Made by a program: the position numbers and the translations under genes. A stretch of DNA of 64,000 nucleotides from Candidatus Bathyarchaeia archaeon (GTDB lineage: Archaea > Thermoproteota > Bathyarchaeia > Bathyarchaeales > Bathycorpusculaceae), in NCBI GenBank assembly GCA_049515895.1, contig JBEKTQ010000006.1, forward strand, positions 1 to 64,000, written 5' to 3'. The notes under the pieces are model-generated. The model worked only from the letters and a program-made list of their open reading frames with translations. It searched no databases and was not told the origin of the DNA. This document shows, piece after piece, positions 9,003-19,672 of this stretch; within the stretch, counting starts at the first letter, position 1, and the number at the start of each line of letters is the position of its first letter.

Positions 9003-10460
9003 GTGTATCGATTGGGAATACTAAATAGAGCCGTGAGAAATATTTCTCGACGGAAAACACGTGCGTTATTAGTGATTATTGCTTTAGGGTTTTCTTTAGC
9101 TATTCTGGTTTCGATTCCAGCAGGCGTTTTGGCTAATCAGCAAGCGGCAACCAGAGTAACAAATACCTTAGGGAATGCTATCACGCAAACAGAGCAAGCT
9201 CTCAACCAAACATTAAACCAAATAACTTGCAGTATAGCTTCAGGTTTCGGTGGTTTCGGCTTCACTAGCGGAAGTGGCACAGGCACAACTCGAACAGGGG
9301 GATTCGGTGGTTCAGGAACCGGTGGATATGGTGGTTTTGGCGGTTTCGGCGGCTTTGGTGGTGGTTCAGTGGCAGGTCAGTTTGGGGCTGGCGCATTTGG
9401 CGGCGGACAATCGAACCCGATGAATGAGACCTTGTACAGTAATATTAACACTTCAATCGCTGGAGTAGGGGCTGTGGAACCGATACTGCAAGTTTCTGAA
9501 GGAAAAAACGAGACAGTTTCGTTTTATGGGCGCTCATTTACTCGTATGGTTCCCCAGTACATTATTGAAGGTGTACCATTAACTTCAGGACTCGTGGACA
9601 ACTATCCAATATTGCCGACCAACATAGTTGCTGGACAGAATCTACAGGCAGCCGAAAGCGGAGATGTTCTGCTTAGCGAAAATAACTCAGCATATTTTGG
9701 AGTGGGTGTCGGCGGCACAGTGGACATTCTGGGAACAAAATTCAATGTAGTTGGCATTTACAGTCCAACGGGAGTTGAAGATACAGAAATGTTGTACATG
9801 GATCTCTCTGATGCTCAGGCATTAACTAACAACACAGGGTACATTACTAGCCTTAAAGTCTTCACAGTTACCACAAGTGACGTGAGTTCAGTGTCAAGTG
9901 CGATAAGTGTACTCCATCCAGAACTAACTGTGTTAACAAATCAAAATGAGCTGAGTCAACTAGAAGCGAACCAACCCAATAGCAGTTCAGTAGTAACTGC
10001 TGCCCAAAACTCTCTCCTAGCAACAAACTCAACAGCTATCGAAGAAATCGTTGTAGTGGTCGTAGCAACGAGTCTGATAGTATTATTTGTCATGCTTTAC
10101 ACAGTCAGAGAAAGAACCAAAGAAATCGGGACACTCAAAGCCATAGGCTTCAGCAATTCTGCCGTCATGGGTCAATTCATGCTTGAAGGTGTGCTGTTAA
10201 GTGCGATTGCCGGTGTTGTCGGAATAGCCATAGGTGTGTTTGCGGCGCCTTCACTTACGTCTATTCTGCAAATAACTCCAACAATCAGCAGAGCGGCAGG
10301 ATTTGGAAGCCGTGTTGTTGCAGCAAGTTCTGTAATTGTAAGTCCCGAGCTTATACTGGTAGGTTTAGGTGTTGCCATCCTGCTGGGAACGTTAGGTAGT
10401 CTATATCCAGCTTGGAGGGCAGCAAAAATAAAACCCGCAGAGGCAATGAAATATGAGTAA
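9003..10460 (+). CDS. MacB/FtsX-family ABC permease
   Basis: RNISRRKTR, ERTKEIGTLKAIG and YPAWRAAKIKPAEAM motifs. Confidence 0.93.
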   Translation: MYRLGILNRAVRNISRRKTRALLVIIALGFSLAILVSIPAGVLANQQAATRVTNTLGNAITQTEQALNQTLNQITCSIASGFGGFGFTSGSGTGTTRTGGFGGSGTGGYGGFGGFGGFGGGSVAGQFGAGAFGGGQSNPMNETLYSNINTSIAGVGAVEPILQVSEGKNETVSFYGRSFTRMVPQYIIEGVPLTSGLVDNYPILPTNIVAGQNLQAAESGDVLLSENNSAYFGVGVGGTVDILGTKFNVVGIYSPTGVEDTEMLYMDLSDAQALTNNTGYITSLKVFTVTTSDVSSVSSAISVLHPELTVLTNQNELSQLEANQPNSSSVVTAAQNSLLATNSTAIEEIVVVVVATSLIVLFVMLYTVRERTKEIGTLKAIGFSNSAVMGQFMLEGVLLSAIAGVVGIAIGVFAAPSLTSILQITPTISRAAGFGSRVVAASSVIVSPELILVGLGVAILLGTLGSLYPAWRAAKIKPAEAMKYE

Positions 10461-11256
10461 ACCAGTATTGCAACTAGAAAAACTCAGCAAAACCTACACC
10501 CTCGGAAAACGCGCCGTGCCAGCTTTATCCAACCTGAATCTAACGGTGACTGCTGGAGAGTTTGTTGCAATAATGGGGCCATCAGGTTCAGGCAAAACAA
10601 CGTTGCTTAACATGATTGGCTGCATCGATAAGCCCACAAACGGTCAAATTCTAATAGACGGCGTTGATATTACCGATCTTCCCGAAAACCAGCTCTACAA
10701 AATTAGACGAGACAAGATGGGTTTTGTATTCCAAACCTTTAACCTGCTGCCATACCTGAATGCTAGGGAGAACGTTGAGCTACCGATGGAAGGGCGAATC
10801 AAGTCCAAAAGCGAACGAAGGAAGAGAGCAAGTGAACTCTTAGCGATGGTTGGTCTCTCAGGAAGAGAAGAACATCGACCGCAAAAGCTCAGCGCAGGAG
10901 AGCAACAACGCGTAGCCATAGCCCGAGCCTTAGCAAATGACCCCGCCATAATCTTAGCTGATGAACCAACGGGAAACTTGGACAGCCAAAACAAGCAGGG
11001 AATCATAAAGTTGCTGGCTAACCTCAACATGACTCAAGGGACCACCATAATCATGGTTACGCATGATGGTAAAGCCGCGCACCATACGGAACGAATGCTT
11101 CTTCTCAGAGATGGAAAAATAGTTAAGGAAAAGCAAGGCACGCATGCATTGAAAAAGAACCATGTATGCCCACACTGCGGAAGCCCCATCAAACCAAGCG
11201 ACGACACATGCCCCACATGCCAAAAACCAATTTACTCCAGTGATGAAGCATTCTGA
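10453..11256 (+). CDS. ABC ATP-binding protein (LolD/MacB type) with C-terminal zinc ribbon
   Basis: GPSGSGKT, LSAGEQQR, LADEPTGNLD; CPHC..CPTC tail. Confidence 0.93.
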   Translation: MSKPVLQLEKLSKTYTLGKRAVPALSNLNLTVTAGEFVAIMGPSGSGKTTLLNMIGCIDKPTNGQILIDGVDITDLPENQLYKIRRDKMGFVFQTFNLLPYLNARENVELPMEGRIKSKSERRKRASELLAMVGLSGREEHRPQKLSAGEQQRVAIARALANDPAIILADEPTGNLDSQNKQGIIKLLANLNMTQGTTIIMVTHDGKAAHHTERMLLLRDGKIVKEKQGTHALKKNHVCPHCGSPIKPSDDTCPTCQKPIYSSDEAF

Positions 11257-11315
11257 GCCAAATCATCCTTCTCAAACAAAACCCTTTAATTTTACACAAT
11301 TAACAAGTGTTTTTT

Positions 11316-12587
11316 ATGGAAACCCCTCCGATACCTCAAATTCCTCAGATTCCTCCAGTTATGCCGCCAGAACAGCTACCTCCTGAACAGCCCCGTGAAC
11401 GCCAGCCAGAGCCAAAAAAGAAGCGTGTTTCATCGGTCATCATAGTTGCCCTTTTGCTGGTGTGCTTGATTGCAGGGGGTTTAGTCGGATATGCTATAAG
11501 CTACTCTTCTTTCAACAGCAAACTCACAAGTATTCAAAATCAGCTAGCGGCGCATACTCAGGGTAACACTTTTAACACTTACCCGAACGCTACTTACATC
11601 ATAGGTTACAACGCTTCATTATCCACACTCTACGCCCAGGTTAAGTCATCAGTTGTCCTCATAGAAGACTTGGTGCCGACCCAAGTCTTTTTCTTGCAAG
11701 GTTACTCGCAGCAGCAAGGCTCGGGCTTCATAACTTCGGTAAACAATCAACTCGTTATTGTCACTAACAACCACGTTGTCCTAGGCGCCACCAACATAAC
11801 TGTAACCTTTGCTAACGGGGCAACTTACCCAGGGACAGAGATAGGCTCTGATCCTAAAGCAGACCTTGCAGTCCTCACCATTAACCCGATGCCAAGCGGC
11901 TTGACCCCTCTAACCCTTGTAAGCTCTGACAGTTTGCTGGTAGGCCAGCCGGTCGTTGCAGTCGGTTCACCTTACGGTTTACAAGGCACTTTGACCACAG
12001 GAGTGATCAGCTCATTGGAAAGGACCCTTACGGAAACTGGATCTGACAACAGTGCGGGGCCAACAATCCCAGACACTATCCAAACAAGCACCGCAATTAA
12101 CCCAGGTAATTCAGGCGGACCACTGCTCGACTATGCAGGCGAAGTCGTCGGAATAACCACTGCGGCTGTCAGCAACTCGCAAGGCCTAGGCTTTGCAATT
12201 CCGTCCGCCACGATAATGCGCGAACTCAGCACAATCGTATCAACGGGCGCGTACAATAATCACCCGTCAATTGACGTGACAGGTGTAGACATGAGCTATG
12301 AGATTGCCCAAGCAATGCATGTCGATGTTACTTATGGTTACCTTGTTGAAAGCGTTTCGACGCAGAATGGTCTCAAAGGCGGCACAACTCAAGTGACGAT
12401 TTTGGGTCAAAACGTGGTCGTAGGCGGCGATATAATTATTGGCATAAACGGAACCCCAATAACCAACACTGATTCTCTCCTCTCTTACATAGAACGAAAT
12501 GCGCTACCTGGACAAGCAATCAACTTCACAGTTGTACGGGACAAACAAACTCAAACGGTGGCAGTAACAATTGGAACCCTAACTTAA
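11316..12587 (+). CDS. HtrA/DegP-family serine protease with PDZ
   Basis: TNNHV, DLAV, GNSGGPL catalytic triad; N-terminal TM; C-terminal PDZ. Confidence 0.92.
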   Translation: METPPIPQIPQIPPVMPPEQLPPEQPRERQPEPKKKRVSSVIIVALLLVCLIAGGLVGYAISYSSFNSKLTSIQNQLAAHTQGNTFNTYPNATYIIGYNASLSTLYAQVKSSVVLIEDLVPTQVFFLQGYSQQQGSGFITSVNNQLVIVTNNHVVLGATNITVTFANGATYPGTEIGSDPKADLAVLTINPMPSGLTPLTLVSSDSLLVGQPVVAVGSPYGLQGTLTTGVISSLERTLTETGSDNSAGPTIPDTIQTSTAINPGNSGGPLLDYAGEVVGITTAAVSNSQGLGFAIPSATIMRELSTIVSTGAYNNHPSIDVTGVDMSYEIAQAMHVDVTYGYLVESVSTQNGLKGGTTQVTILGQNVVVGGDIIIGINGTPITNTDSLLSYIERNALPGQAINFTVVRDKQTQTVAVTIGTLT

Positions 12588-12659
12588 GAATCGCCGTTCC
12601 TTTTTAGAAAGTTTTCATTTCCCGCCTCATCATAGCTTCCATTAGACGTCAAGAATTGA

Positions 12660-14498
12660 CTAATGCCTTGCCCTTTTGCTATAGAGTACTAAACCTGCTA
12701 CAAGTACAGCGGCAAATACTATTGCCCAAAGCCACCATTGCATCCACAAAAGCTCGGATTGCTGCTCGACCGTGTTGCTGATCTGCAAGTTTTCAATTTC
12801 GGTTTTTGAGTCGTGTCCAATGTAGATGTCAGTTGGGTTCCGTATTGGTCCTGTCGGGTTATTTGTCCCACAGCCAACCGTTACGGCTTGTTCTTTGCCG
12901 TTGATGTAAAGGTGCATTCCAGTGGTTGTGCTGCGAGTGAAAACCACGTGGACCCAGGTATCATTGGGAAGTACTGCCAAAGTGTCAATCTCGTTTAGCC
13001 CGCTCGGCGTGACAACGTAGCCTCGGAGAGCTCCAATGGCGGGTGAGCTTGAGTTTGTGGGCGCTTGACCGTTAACTGCGAGTCCAAGAAGCCTGGTCGG
13101 CAATGCCGCGGTAGTTCTAACGGCTTCGATGAAAATGTTATTGTACGCAACGCCAGCTTTGATTGCTTGAACATTCACCCACGCGTCAATTGTCACTTCG
13201 TAAGGTGTTAGAAGGCTAGGCGAAGGTTGCACGGTCGCAAAGACGTTTCCAGTGAAGTTCAATGCCCCGCCGAATTTGCCTTGAACCAACGCGGGAGTGT
13301 TATTGTACACAGGCGTTTCCGACCCTAATATGGCGGGGTTGTTGCCTGTTGCGTCAGGCGACACAAGGCTGGGCTCCACTGTGTCGAAGCTCCAGGAGGC
13401 GACCACGCTGTTTGACATTGCAGTCGGAGCGGCGATCGCGGCTGGCGGGTTGCCCAAATTCTGCGTTTCAAATTGCTTAATAAGCGGGTAATTGTCTTCG
13501 TTGCCCGAGTTAATTACGTAGGCTCTGCTTCCGAACCCTGATGAATCTGCCTGCCCAGCGTCAGGGTACTTTGACAGGTAATCGCTCCAAAAGTTTCCGC
13601 CCGACTTAGCCCCGTTGTCCCAGTTCTCGATCAAGGCTGAAGAGTTGTCGAATGCGTTGAACCTGTTGTCGAGGAAGTTGTTGTGATATATCCTATTCTC
13701 CAGAGGCGCGGTCAGCTGCATAGTGACGAAGACTCCGTATTTGTTGTTTTGGATATTGTTGGCTGAGATGATGTTTTTGGATCCCGCAAGAAAGATGCCT
13801 GATTCAGTATTGCCTACAATATTGTTACCAAAAAGCACCGAATAAATCGTGCCTAAGCCAACTCCTCGAAAGTTTCCTTCGACATTGTTCTTTGAAATGA
13901 CGTTTGAGTAACCTGCCATTTCGATTCCTGACGCGGCGCTTCCAATGACGTTGTTGTCGGAAACGTTGTTTTGGGAGCCGCCGTAGAAGCAGATGCCGTT
14001 TTTGAAGTTGGATTTTACGGTGTTTTGGGTTATCGTTATTGAGGTTTGGGTTGAGCAGAAGATGCCTGTGTAGGTGTTTTCAATGATGTTGCCTGTTATT
14101 GTGCAGTTGTTTCCTTCAACCCAGATGCCGTAAGCGTACATAGTGGTTTTTGAGTAGTTGAGGCTTTCAATTGTGAAGCCTGAAACTTTGACGGCGTCTG
14201 CCGCTAAAACCAGTACTGCGGTAGGGCTTGATCCGCCGCTTCCTATTATGACTGTGTTTGTGCTGTTCTGACCTTCAAGCGTTAAGGGTTTGTCGACTTG
14301 AACGTTTTCATTGTAAATCCCGCTTTTGACGAAGACTGTGTCACCGGCGGAGGCTTGGTTGACGGCTGCACCTATTGTCGAGTATTTGTCGGGAACTACT
14401 AAAGTTTGGGAAGCTCTGGTTTCATGAATGTTGATTATCCCTGCCATGGCAATTAGAATAGCGATTAACGCCAAGCTTTTGATGAGTTCTCTCTTCAT
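12660..14498 (-). CDS. Surface protein: NosD/parallel beta-helix plus LamG-like domain, C-terminal TM
   Basis: TIGAAVN..GIYNE, PbH1 repeats, GGNFWSDY, W.HVVFT LamG motif. Confidence 0.85.
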   Translation of the reverse strand: MKRELIKSLALIAILIAMAGIINIHETRASQTLVVPDKYSTIGAAVNQASAGDTVFVKSGIYNENVQVDKPLTLEGQNSTNTVIIGSGGSSPTAVLVLAADAVKVSGFTIESLNYSKTTMYAYGIWVEGNNCTITGNIIENTYTGIFCSTQTSITITQNTVKSNFKNGICFYGGSQNNVSDNNVIGSAASGIEMAGYSNVISKNNVEGNFRGVGLGTIYSVLFGNNIVGNTESGIFLAGSKNIISANNIQNNKYGVFVTMQLTAPLENRIYHNNFLDNRFNAFDNSSALIENWDNGAKSGGNFWSDYLSKYPDAGQADSSGFGSRAYVINSGNEDNYPLIKQFETQNLGNPPAAIAAPTAMSNSVVASWSFDTVEPSLVSPDATGNNPAILGSETPVYNNTPALVQGKFGGALNFTGNVFATVQPSPSLLTPYEVTIDAWVNVQAIKAGVAYNNIFIEAVRTTAALPTRLLGLAVNGQAPTNSSSPAIGALRGYVVTPSGLNEIDTLAVLPNDTWVHVVFTRSTTTGMHLYINGKEQAVTVGCGTNNPTGPIRNPTDIYIGHDSKTEIENLQISNTVEQQSELLWMQWWLWAIVFAAVLVAGLVLYSKRARH

Positions 14499-14665
14499 AT
14501 TCTTGCATCCATTGCTTTTCCAAGAGTAAATGGCACATGGTAAAATATTACTCTCCCTAAAGAACAAACTGTTCTTTGAAAAGAACACCCTTCGCTGTTG
14601 CCTTTAGCTGATTTTCATGCTATTCCCAGCTAGAGCGGGGGTCGCTCTCTATTTTCCAACTTAAT

Positions 14666-15859
14666 TTATCGGCGAAAAAGTCGCCTTATAACGAAAACAA
14701 TGAATTGTCCATGCACAGTTTTAACCAAATTAGCGTAAACCTTCACAGTCATCTCAGCGCCATTTTTCCTCAGGTGAACCATTTCAAGGCTTGCCTCCTT
14801 TTTCTCGATAATATGCCTAAAAAGTCCATCGCACGAAGACGCATCCTTGGGAGGTAACAGCAAACGAATATTCATGTTAAGGAATTCATCGAGACTGTAG
14901 CCGTAAGATTCCGATGCTGCGCCGTTTGCATACACAAAGTCGCCTTTGATGTTGGCAAGAAATATTGCTTCTTTGGCATTGTCTAGAATTGTAGCTCTTA
15001 GTTTCAGCGCGTCCTCTGTTTTCTGTGCTTCCTGAATTTTTCTTGTCAGCTTTTCGTTTGTCTCGGCGCATTCCGCTGTTCGCTGAGCCACCACTTGCTC
15101 AAGCCTGTGTCTATACCCTGTAAGTTCCGCTTCGATTGCCTTTTCTTTTGTAATATCAATCGATAAAATCAAAACCCCTTCAGGCACGGGTTCCATATGG
15201 AGATCAAACCAACCTTTGGAGCCGTCTGGAAACGTGAATTCATTATCCATTTGGTGGTGAACGCGATTTGTCATGCAGTTTCTAAGATTGCTAAACATTT
15301 CTGTTTTGTCAATTTCAGGGTAAACCTGCATCATTGTGTAACCTAACAATTCCTGCTTCTTCTTTTTGCCCTGTCTAGCCGCAGCCTCGTTGACATAAAC
15401 GTAGCGCCAGTCATAATCGATGATTTGACAACCCTCAATCATGACATCAAGTGAAGCTTGAAGTCGATTCTCAACCTCTTTCGAAAGTGCAGCTTCTGTT
15501 ATGTCGGTACCTGAGCTAAGCACTCCTACAGTTTTGCCATATTTGTCACTCACGAGAATATTGTGGAAATCAAACGTTCGCTGTTTACCCTGGCGAGTGA
15601 TTAAAGAGTATTTGCTATGCACGTGGGGAAGGGAGCCTTTTAGTACATCGTGGAAGACGCGTCGAGCATCTTCTCTTTCTTTTTCCAAGACAAACATGTC
15701 AAACCAGTTTTTGCCCTTAACTTCCAATCTTGAATAACCCAAGATTTCAGATGCCTTACCGTTTATGTCGGTTATCAGCTCGTTACTGCCAATTGCAATC
15801 ATAAAGGCATTTGCAAGCTCGAAATACATTTGGGCTAAATTACTTTGTTTCTGCAACAT
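14666..15859 (-). CDS. PAS-domain-only sensor protein (3 PAS plus coiled coil)
   Basis: Three PAS-like repeats (NGKASEILGYS, VYVNEAA, VYANGAA); no kinase motifs. Confidence 0.85.
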   Translation of the reverse strand: MLQKQSNLAQMYFELANAFMIAIGSNELITDINGKASEILGYSRLEVKGKNWFDMFVLEKEREDARRVFHDVLKGSLPHVHSKYSLITRQGKQRTFDFHNILVSDKYGKTVGVLSSGTDITEAALSKEVENRLQASLDVMIEGCQIIDYDWRYVYVNEAAARQGKKKKQELLGYTMMQVYPEIDKTEMFSNLRNCMTNRVHHQMDNEFTFPDGSKGWFDLHMEPVPEGVLILSIDITKEKAIEAELTGYRHRLEQVVAQRTAECAETNEKLTRKIQEAQKTEDALKLRATILDNAKEAIFLANIKGDFVYANGAASESYGYSLDEFLNMNIRLLLPPKDASSCDGLFRHIIEKKEASLEMVHLRKNGAEMTVKVYANLVKTVHGQFIVFVIRRLFRR

Positions 15860-18029
15860 CTATTACCTCAACCAGATCATTGTTTTTTGCTTGCTGTCCG
15901 GCGGCAGGCAAATACATTTGTTCATTATATTCCTTCATCATTCGACAGGCGTTGAAAGCAGGGGTGATTGTTCTAATAGCTTCTTTGACAAATTGTATCC
16001 ATCCATGCGGAATACCCTTGCGGTCACGTTCATAAAACAGCGGAACGATCTCCTTTTCCAAAAGATCATAAAGCGATTCAGCGTCATTTCTGTCTTCTTC
16101 TTCAGGCGAGTCAAACTCCATGTCGCCTATCGCCCAACCGTTCTTGCCGTTATATGCTTCATCCCACCACCCATCGCGAACGCTAAGGTTAAGGACTCCG
16201 TTCATTGAAGCCTTCATACCGCTGGTCCCGCAAGCTTCCTGAAGCCTTCTCGGGTTGTTAAGCCAAATGTCGACGCCGCGAACCAGTTCACGCGCGACGT
16301 TAAGATCGTAGTCTTCAACGAAAGCGATTCTTCCCTGAAATCCCCTGTCCAAAGCCACGCTGTACACTTGCTTTAGTAGCTGTTTTGACTGGTAGTCAGC
16401 AGGGTGAGATTTTCCAGCAAAAATCAGCTGCACAGGTCTCTCCGAATCAGTAATGATGCGTTTGAGCCGTTCCACGTTTGACAGAATTAGGTAGGGCCTC
16501 TTGTATTGGGTAAATCGGCGTACGAAAGCAATGGTCAAAGCGTACGGGTCAAGTAGGGAACCCATGGCGATTACCTGCTGCGTTGTTATTTGTTCTTGCG
16601 TCCACCGTTGCTGGGCCCTATCTTGGATGGCTGTTATCAAACCTCTCTTTAGATCCTGGCGACTCTGCCATAATTCGTCATCGGGTATTTCGTCGAGGCA
16701 TTTCCAGTATTCCTGATTATCTTGTTCTTCAAGCATTTTCGAATCGAGGTATTTTTGACAAAGCATTGCGATTTCTGGTGATTGCCACGTGGGAAGGTGA
16801 ACCCCGTTGGTTATGGATTTTATCGGCACTTCTTCTTCCTTTTTGTCAGGCCAAAGTTCATGCCACATGTGTCTGGTGACTCTGCCATGCAGCTTCGACA
16901 CGGCGTTAGTTTGAGCAGCTAATCGGAACGCGAAAGCTGTAAGGTTGAAGTTTCCTGCGCCGGACATCTCGGATTGACCCAGCTTAAGGAAGATGTCTCT
17001 GTCGATTCCGAGGGGTTCCCAAAGACTCCGCGCGTAACGGTCCATCAATTGGAATGAGAAGACATGATGACCTGCTGCGACCGGAGTGTGAGTGGTAAAA
17101 ACAGTGTGGTTGCGCACGGTTTCTAAGGCCTCTTCTAAAGAGGCGCCGTTGGCTCGCTCTAACCTGAGCCGTTCCAGCATCATGAAAGCAGTATGGTCTT
17201 CGTTAGCGTGCCATACGACGGGTTCAATGCGGAGCTCTCTGAGTGTACGAACTCCCCCAACGCCTAAAACAATTAGTTGGCGTAAACGTTCCTCTTGGTC
17301 AGCTGTGTACAAGCGGGCTGAAAGCATTCTGTCTTCGACCTTGTTTTCCTCCACATTCGTATCCATCAGGTATAGGTTCACTCGCCCGACGTGTACTTCC
17401 CATATCTTAACGTACACCAAACGATCGGCAAGTTGAACTGGAATAAGTGGACCACATCCATAAGGCCAAGCGCAAGGTGAAATTGGTGTATCATCGAAGT
17501 CTAGCTGCATGTACTCTTCTTGTTGTTCCCCATCCGGCGAAATAAACTGACGAAAGTAGCCTTGAGGATACATAAATCCCACTGCAACCATCGGCAAACC
17601 GCGATCAGAGGATTCCTTGCATGTGTCACCTGCCAACACGCCTAAACCGCCAGCGTAAATAGGCAACGAATAATGAATCGCATATTCAGCTGAAAAATAA
17701 GCAATCTGTCCCGGTGTGTCCATCTTTATTTTGCCGCACCATTCGCGGGCCTCCATCATTTCATCATCGAATTCTGACATTACCGTGTCATAAAGCTCAA
17801 GAAAAGACGGGTCCCTGCTTGCCGCCTCCAAATTTTCACTGGTCATGCTGCGTAGCTGTTTTACGGGATTGTGTCCGCTGGTTCTCCAGAGTCCATAGTC
17901 AAGCGACCGGAAAACCTGTCGCCCTTCCTCATGCCAACTCCACCAAAGGTTGTTGGCGAGCTCGAATAACCTGCCGATTCTCAAAGGCAATTTTAACGGA
18001 GGTTTTCCTTCAGGGTAACTTGCGATCAT
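15840..18029 (-). CDS. glgP: Alpha-glucan (glycogen) phosphorylase
   Basis: YAGGLGVLAGD, FTTHTP and EACGTSGMKA PLP motif. Confidence 0.95.
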   Translation of the reverse strand: MIASYPEGKPPLKLPLRIGRLFELANNLWWSWHEEGRQVFRSLDYGLWRTSGHNPVKQLRSMTSENLEAASRDPSFLELYDTVMSEFDDEMMEAREWCGKIKMDTPGQIAYFSAEYAIHYSLPIYAGGLGVLAGDTCKESSDRGLPMVAVGFMYPQGYFRQFISPDGEQQEEYMQLDFDDTPISPCAWPYGCGPLIPVQLADRLVYVKIWEVHVGRVNLYLMDTNVEENKVEDRMLSARLYTADQEERLRQLIVLGVGGVRTLRELRIEPVVWHANEDHTAFMMLERLRLERANGASLEEALETVRNHTVFTTHTPVAAGHHVFSFQLMDRYARSLWEPLGIDRDIFLKLGQSEMSGAGNFNLTAFAFRLAAQTNAVSKLHGRVTRHMWHELWPDKKEEEVPIKSITNGVHLPTWQSPEIAMLCQKYLDSKMLEEQDNQEYWKCLDEIPDDELWQSRQDLKRGLITAIQDRAQQRWTQEQITTQQVIAMGSLLDPYALTIAFVRRFTQYKRPYLILSNVERLKRIITDSERPVQLIFAGKSHPADYQSKQLLKQVYSVALDRGFQGRIAFVEDYDLNVARELVRGVDIWLNNPRRLQEACGTSGMKASMNGVLNLSVRDGWWDEAYNGKNGWAIGDMEFDSPEEEDRNDAESLYDLLEKEIVPLFYERDRKGIPHGWIQFVKEAIRTITPAFNACRMMKEYNEQMYLPAAGQQAKNNDLVEVIDVAETK

Positions 18030-18192
18030 GGGTTAATTATCCTCAGGTCATGATAGTATTCTTCGGATTCACAATTAGAAGGGATTCAGGCTGTCGACCC
18101 TGACTTATTATTTGAAGTGCCAATTTATATAGGTACTGCGAACCGATGTTTAGAGATGCAAAAAGGGAAGAAAAAAAATCCGGGAATAGGGT

Positions 18193-18696
18193 TTAGATTG
18201 GTGCCAGCATCAAAAGGGTGTAGGTATTGTCAGACGTTTGCAGTTTTGCGCCGATTTTCAAAGCAACTTTGCCAGCGAGCCATGAGTTCGAGTACTGACC
18301 TGCAAGTTTAAGTGTTACTGGCTGCCCGTTTGGATCGGTACCCTGCGCCTGCAGTAAAACGTCGTGCCTACCCGTTAATACTCCGCCGTTTCCTGTTGCA
18401 AATGTGTATGAAACACCGTTTGCCACCAACGAACCTCCTGTAACGTCAAAGTATTTGACTGAGCCTGCTGTTGATGTTGGCTGAAGTGTCAGGATCAAGT
18501 CTGCTTGATAGTACTTTATCGTGTCACTGTCAATTTTTTGGTAGATGTTGCCTTTAGCGTTGAGTGTTCTTATGTTTGAAGCCGCATTGTTTGCCACGGT
18601 TTGGGCGCTTGCATACGGCACAGTTATCACCAACACGATTGCTATGGCTGCTAATGCAGCTATTGCGATTTTGTTTTTTCTGGTTAATTTGACCAT
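18193..18696 (-). CDS. Secreted hypothetical protein
   Basis: Signal peptide ending ASA; beta-rich body. Confidence 0.7.
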   Translation of the reverse strand: MVKLTRKNKIAIAALAAIAIVLVITVPYASAQTVANNAASNIRTLNAKGNIYQKIDSDTIKYYQADLILTLQPTSTAGSVKYFDVTGGSLVANGVSYTFATGNGGVLTGRHDVLLQAQGTDPNGQPVTLKLAGQYSNSWLAGKVALKIGAKLQTSDNTYTLLMLAPI

Positions 18697-18789
18697 TTTG
18701 TTTTTCGCCTCCGATTTCTTCAATAATCAACTCTTTGCTTTTGTCTTTAAAAAGGAAGCCGCACTTTTGATGTGCACCAGAAATGTACA

Positions 18790-19158
18790 TTAGACCTTGG
18801 GTTCGTCCAGTTTCTCTGAAAGCATTTCCTCTTCCATGTGCAGAAGCAAGCCGATGCGACGTTCCCACTTGTTGAGGAAGCGATATTGAGCGACCATTGC
18901 GTAAATGCTGTAGGCTAAAAGAATACCCGCGATTATTAGAAGGATGAAATCGACAAATGTGAGCCCGAAGTGACGGGTTCTCAGCAGAAGCCAAATGACA
19001 ACTATGAATAAAATCGCTGAGGATGCAAGTCCTATTAGGGTTCCGTTTCGAAATTTAGTCCATTCCTTATCTAACTCGAAAAGAAAGTCATGTAGAGACT
19101 TAACTGGGTACTGCTTGTCTTCATGGGTTTCTTCGGGCATTTTCGTTTCCTTCTTCAT
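18790..19158 (-). CDS. 2-TM hypothetical protein
   Basis: Two hydrophobic helices. Confidence 0.7.
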   Translation of the reverse strand: MKKETKMPEETHEDKQYPVKSLHDFLFELDKEWTKFRNGTLIGLASSAILFIVVIWLLLRTRHFGLTFVDFILLIIAGILLAYSIYAMVAQYRFLNKWERRIGLLLHMEEEMLSEKLDEPKV

Positions 19159-19235
19159 GACAGTGATTTTTCATTTTTATACCTGATGCACCACAAGTGA
19201 ATGCTCACAAGATTGACGGAAGTGATTTACGCAAA

Positions 19236-19460
19236 TCAAGATAATTTTCTTCCTTCTTCCGTTAAATTGCAATTTCCTTCAGCTGTTTCCTTCACTAAAT
19301 TCTTTTCTTCAAGAAACGACAAATGCTTAAGAAAGTCATCATAAGAAAGGTTGGTGGATTTCCGCCAGATAGCAGTTCTAAGCTGAGGCCTTGAATTAAA
19401 GAAAAGGTACTCTAAGATTTCAAACCGAATCTGCACAGCGCTCTTCCGCATTCTCGCCAT
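19236..19460 (-). CDS. Small winged-helix DNA-binding protein
   Basis: NLSYDDFLKHLSFLEEKNLV..LTEEG. Confidence 0.7.
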   Translation of the reverse strand: MARMRKSAVQIRFEILEYLFFNSRPQLRTAIWRKSTNLSYDDFLKHLSFLEEKNLVKETAEGNCNLTEEGRKLS

Positions 19461-19672
19461 CCTTGAAGTGCACCAATAGACAAGAGCATATTATCCAAGG
19501 ATTATAAAAAATGGTAGCATCCACTTTCTTTCATTGCTTTTCAAAAAGCATTTTGGGGTCTGTCAATTTTCAATCTTCATCTTTCCCGATCAGACTGGGA
19601 CGGCGACATCATCCCCGACTGATAATGCATCGTCCCAGACTTTTAAAGGGTTGTGGTAGAAGGTGAGGAGAA

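Noticed and set aside
19590-19625. Fluoride riboswitch (GGGGATGATGTCGCC, minus strand)
   Set aside because: P1 is mismatched and there is no downstream pseudoknot partner
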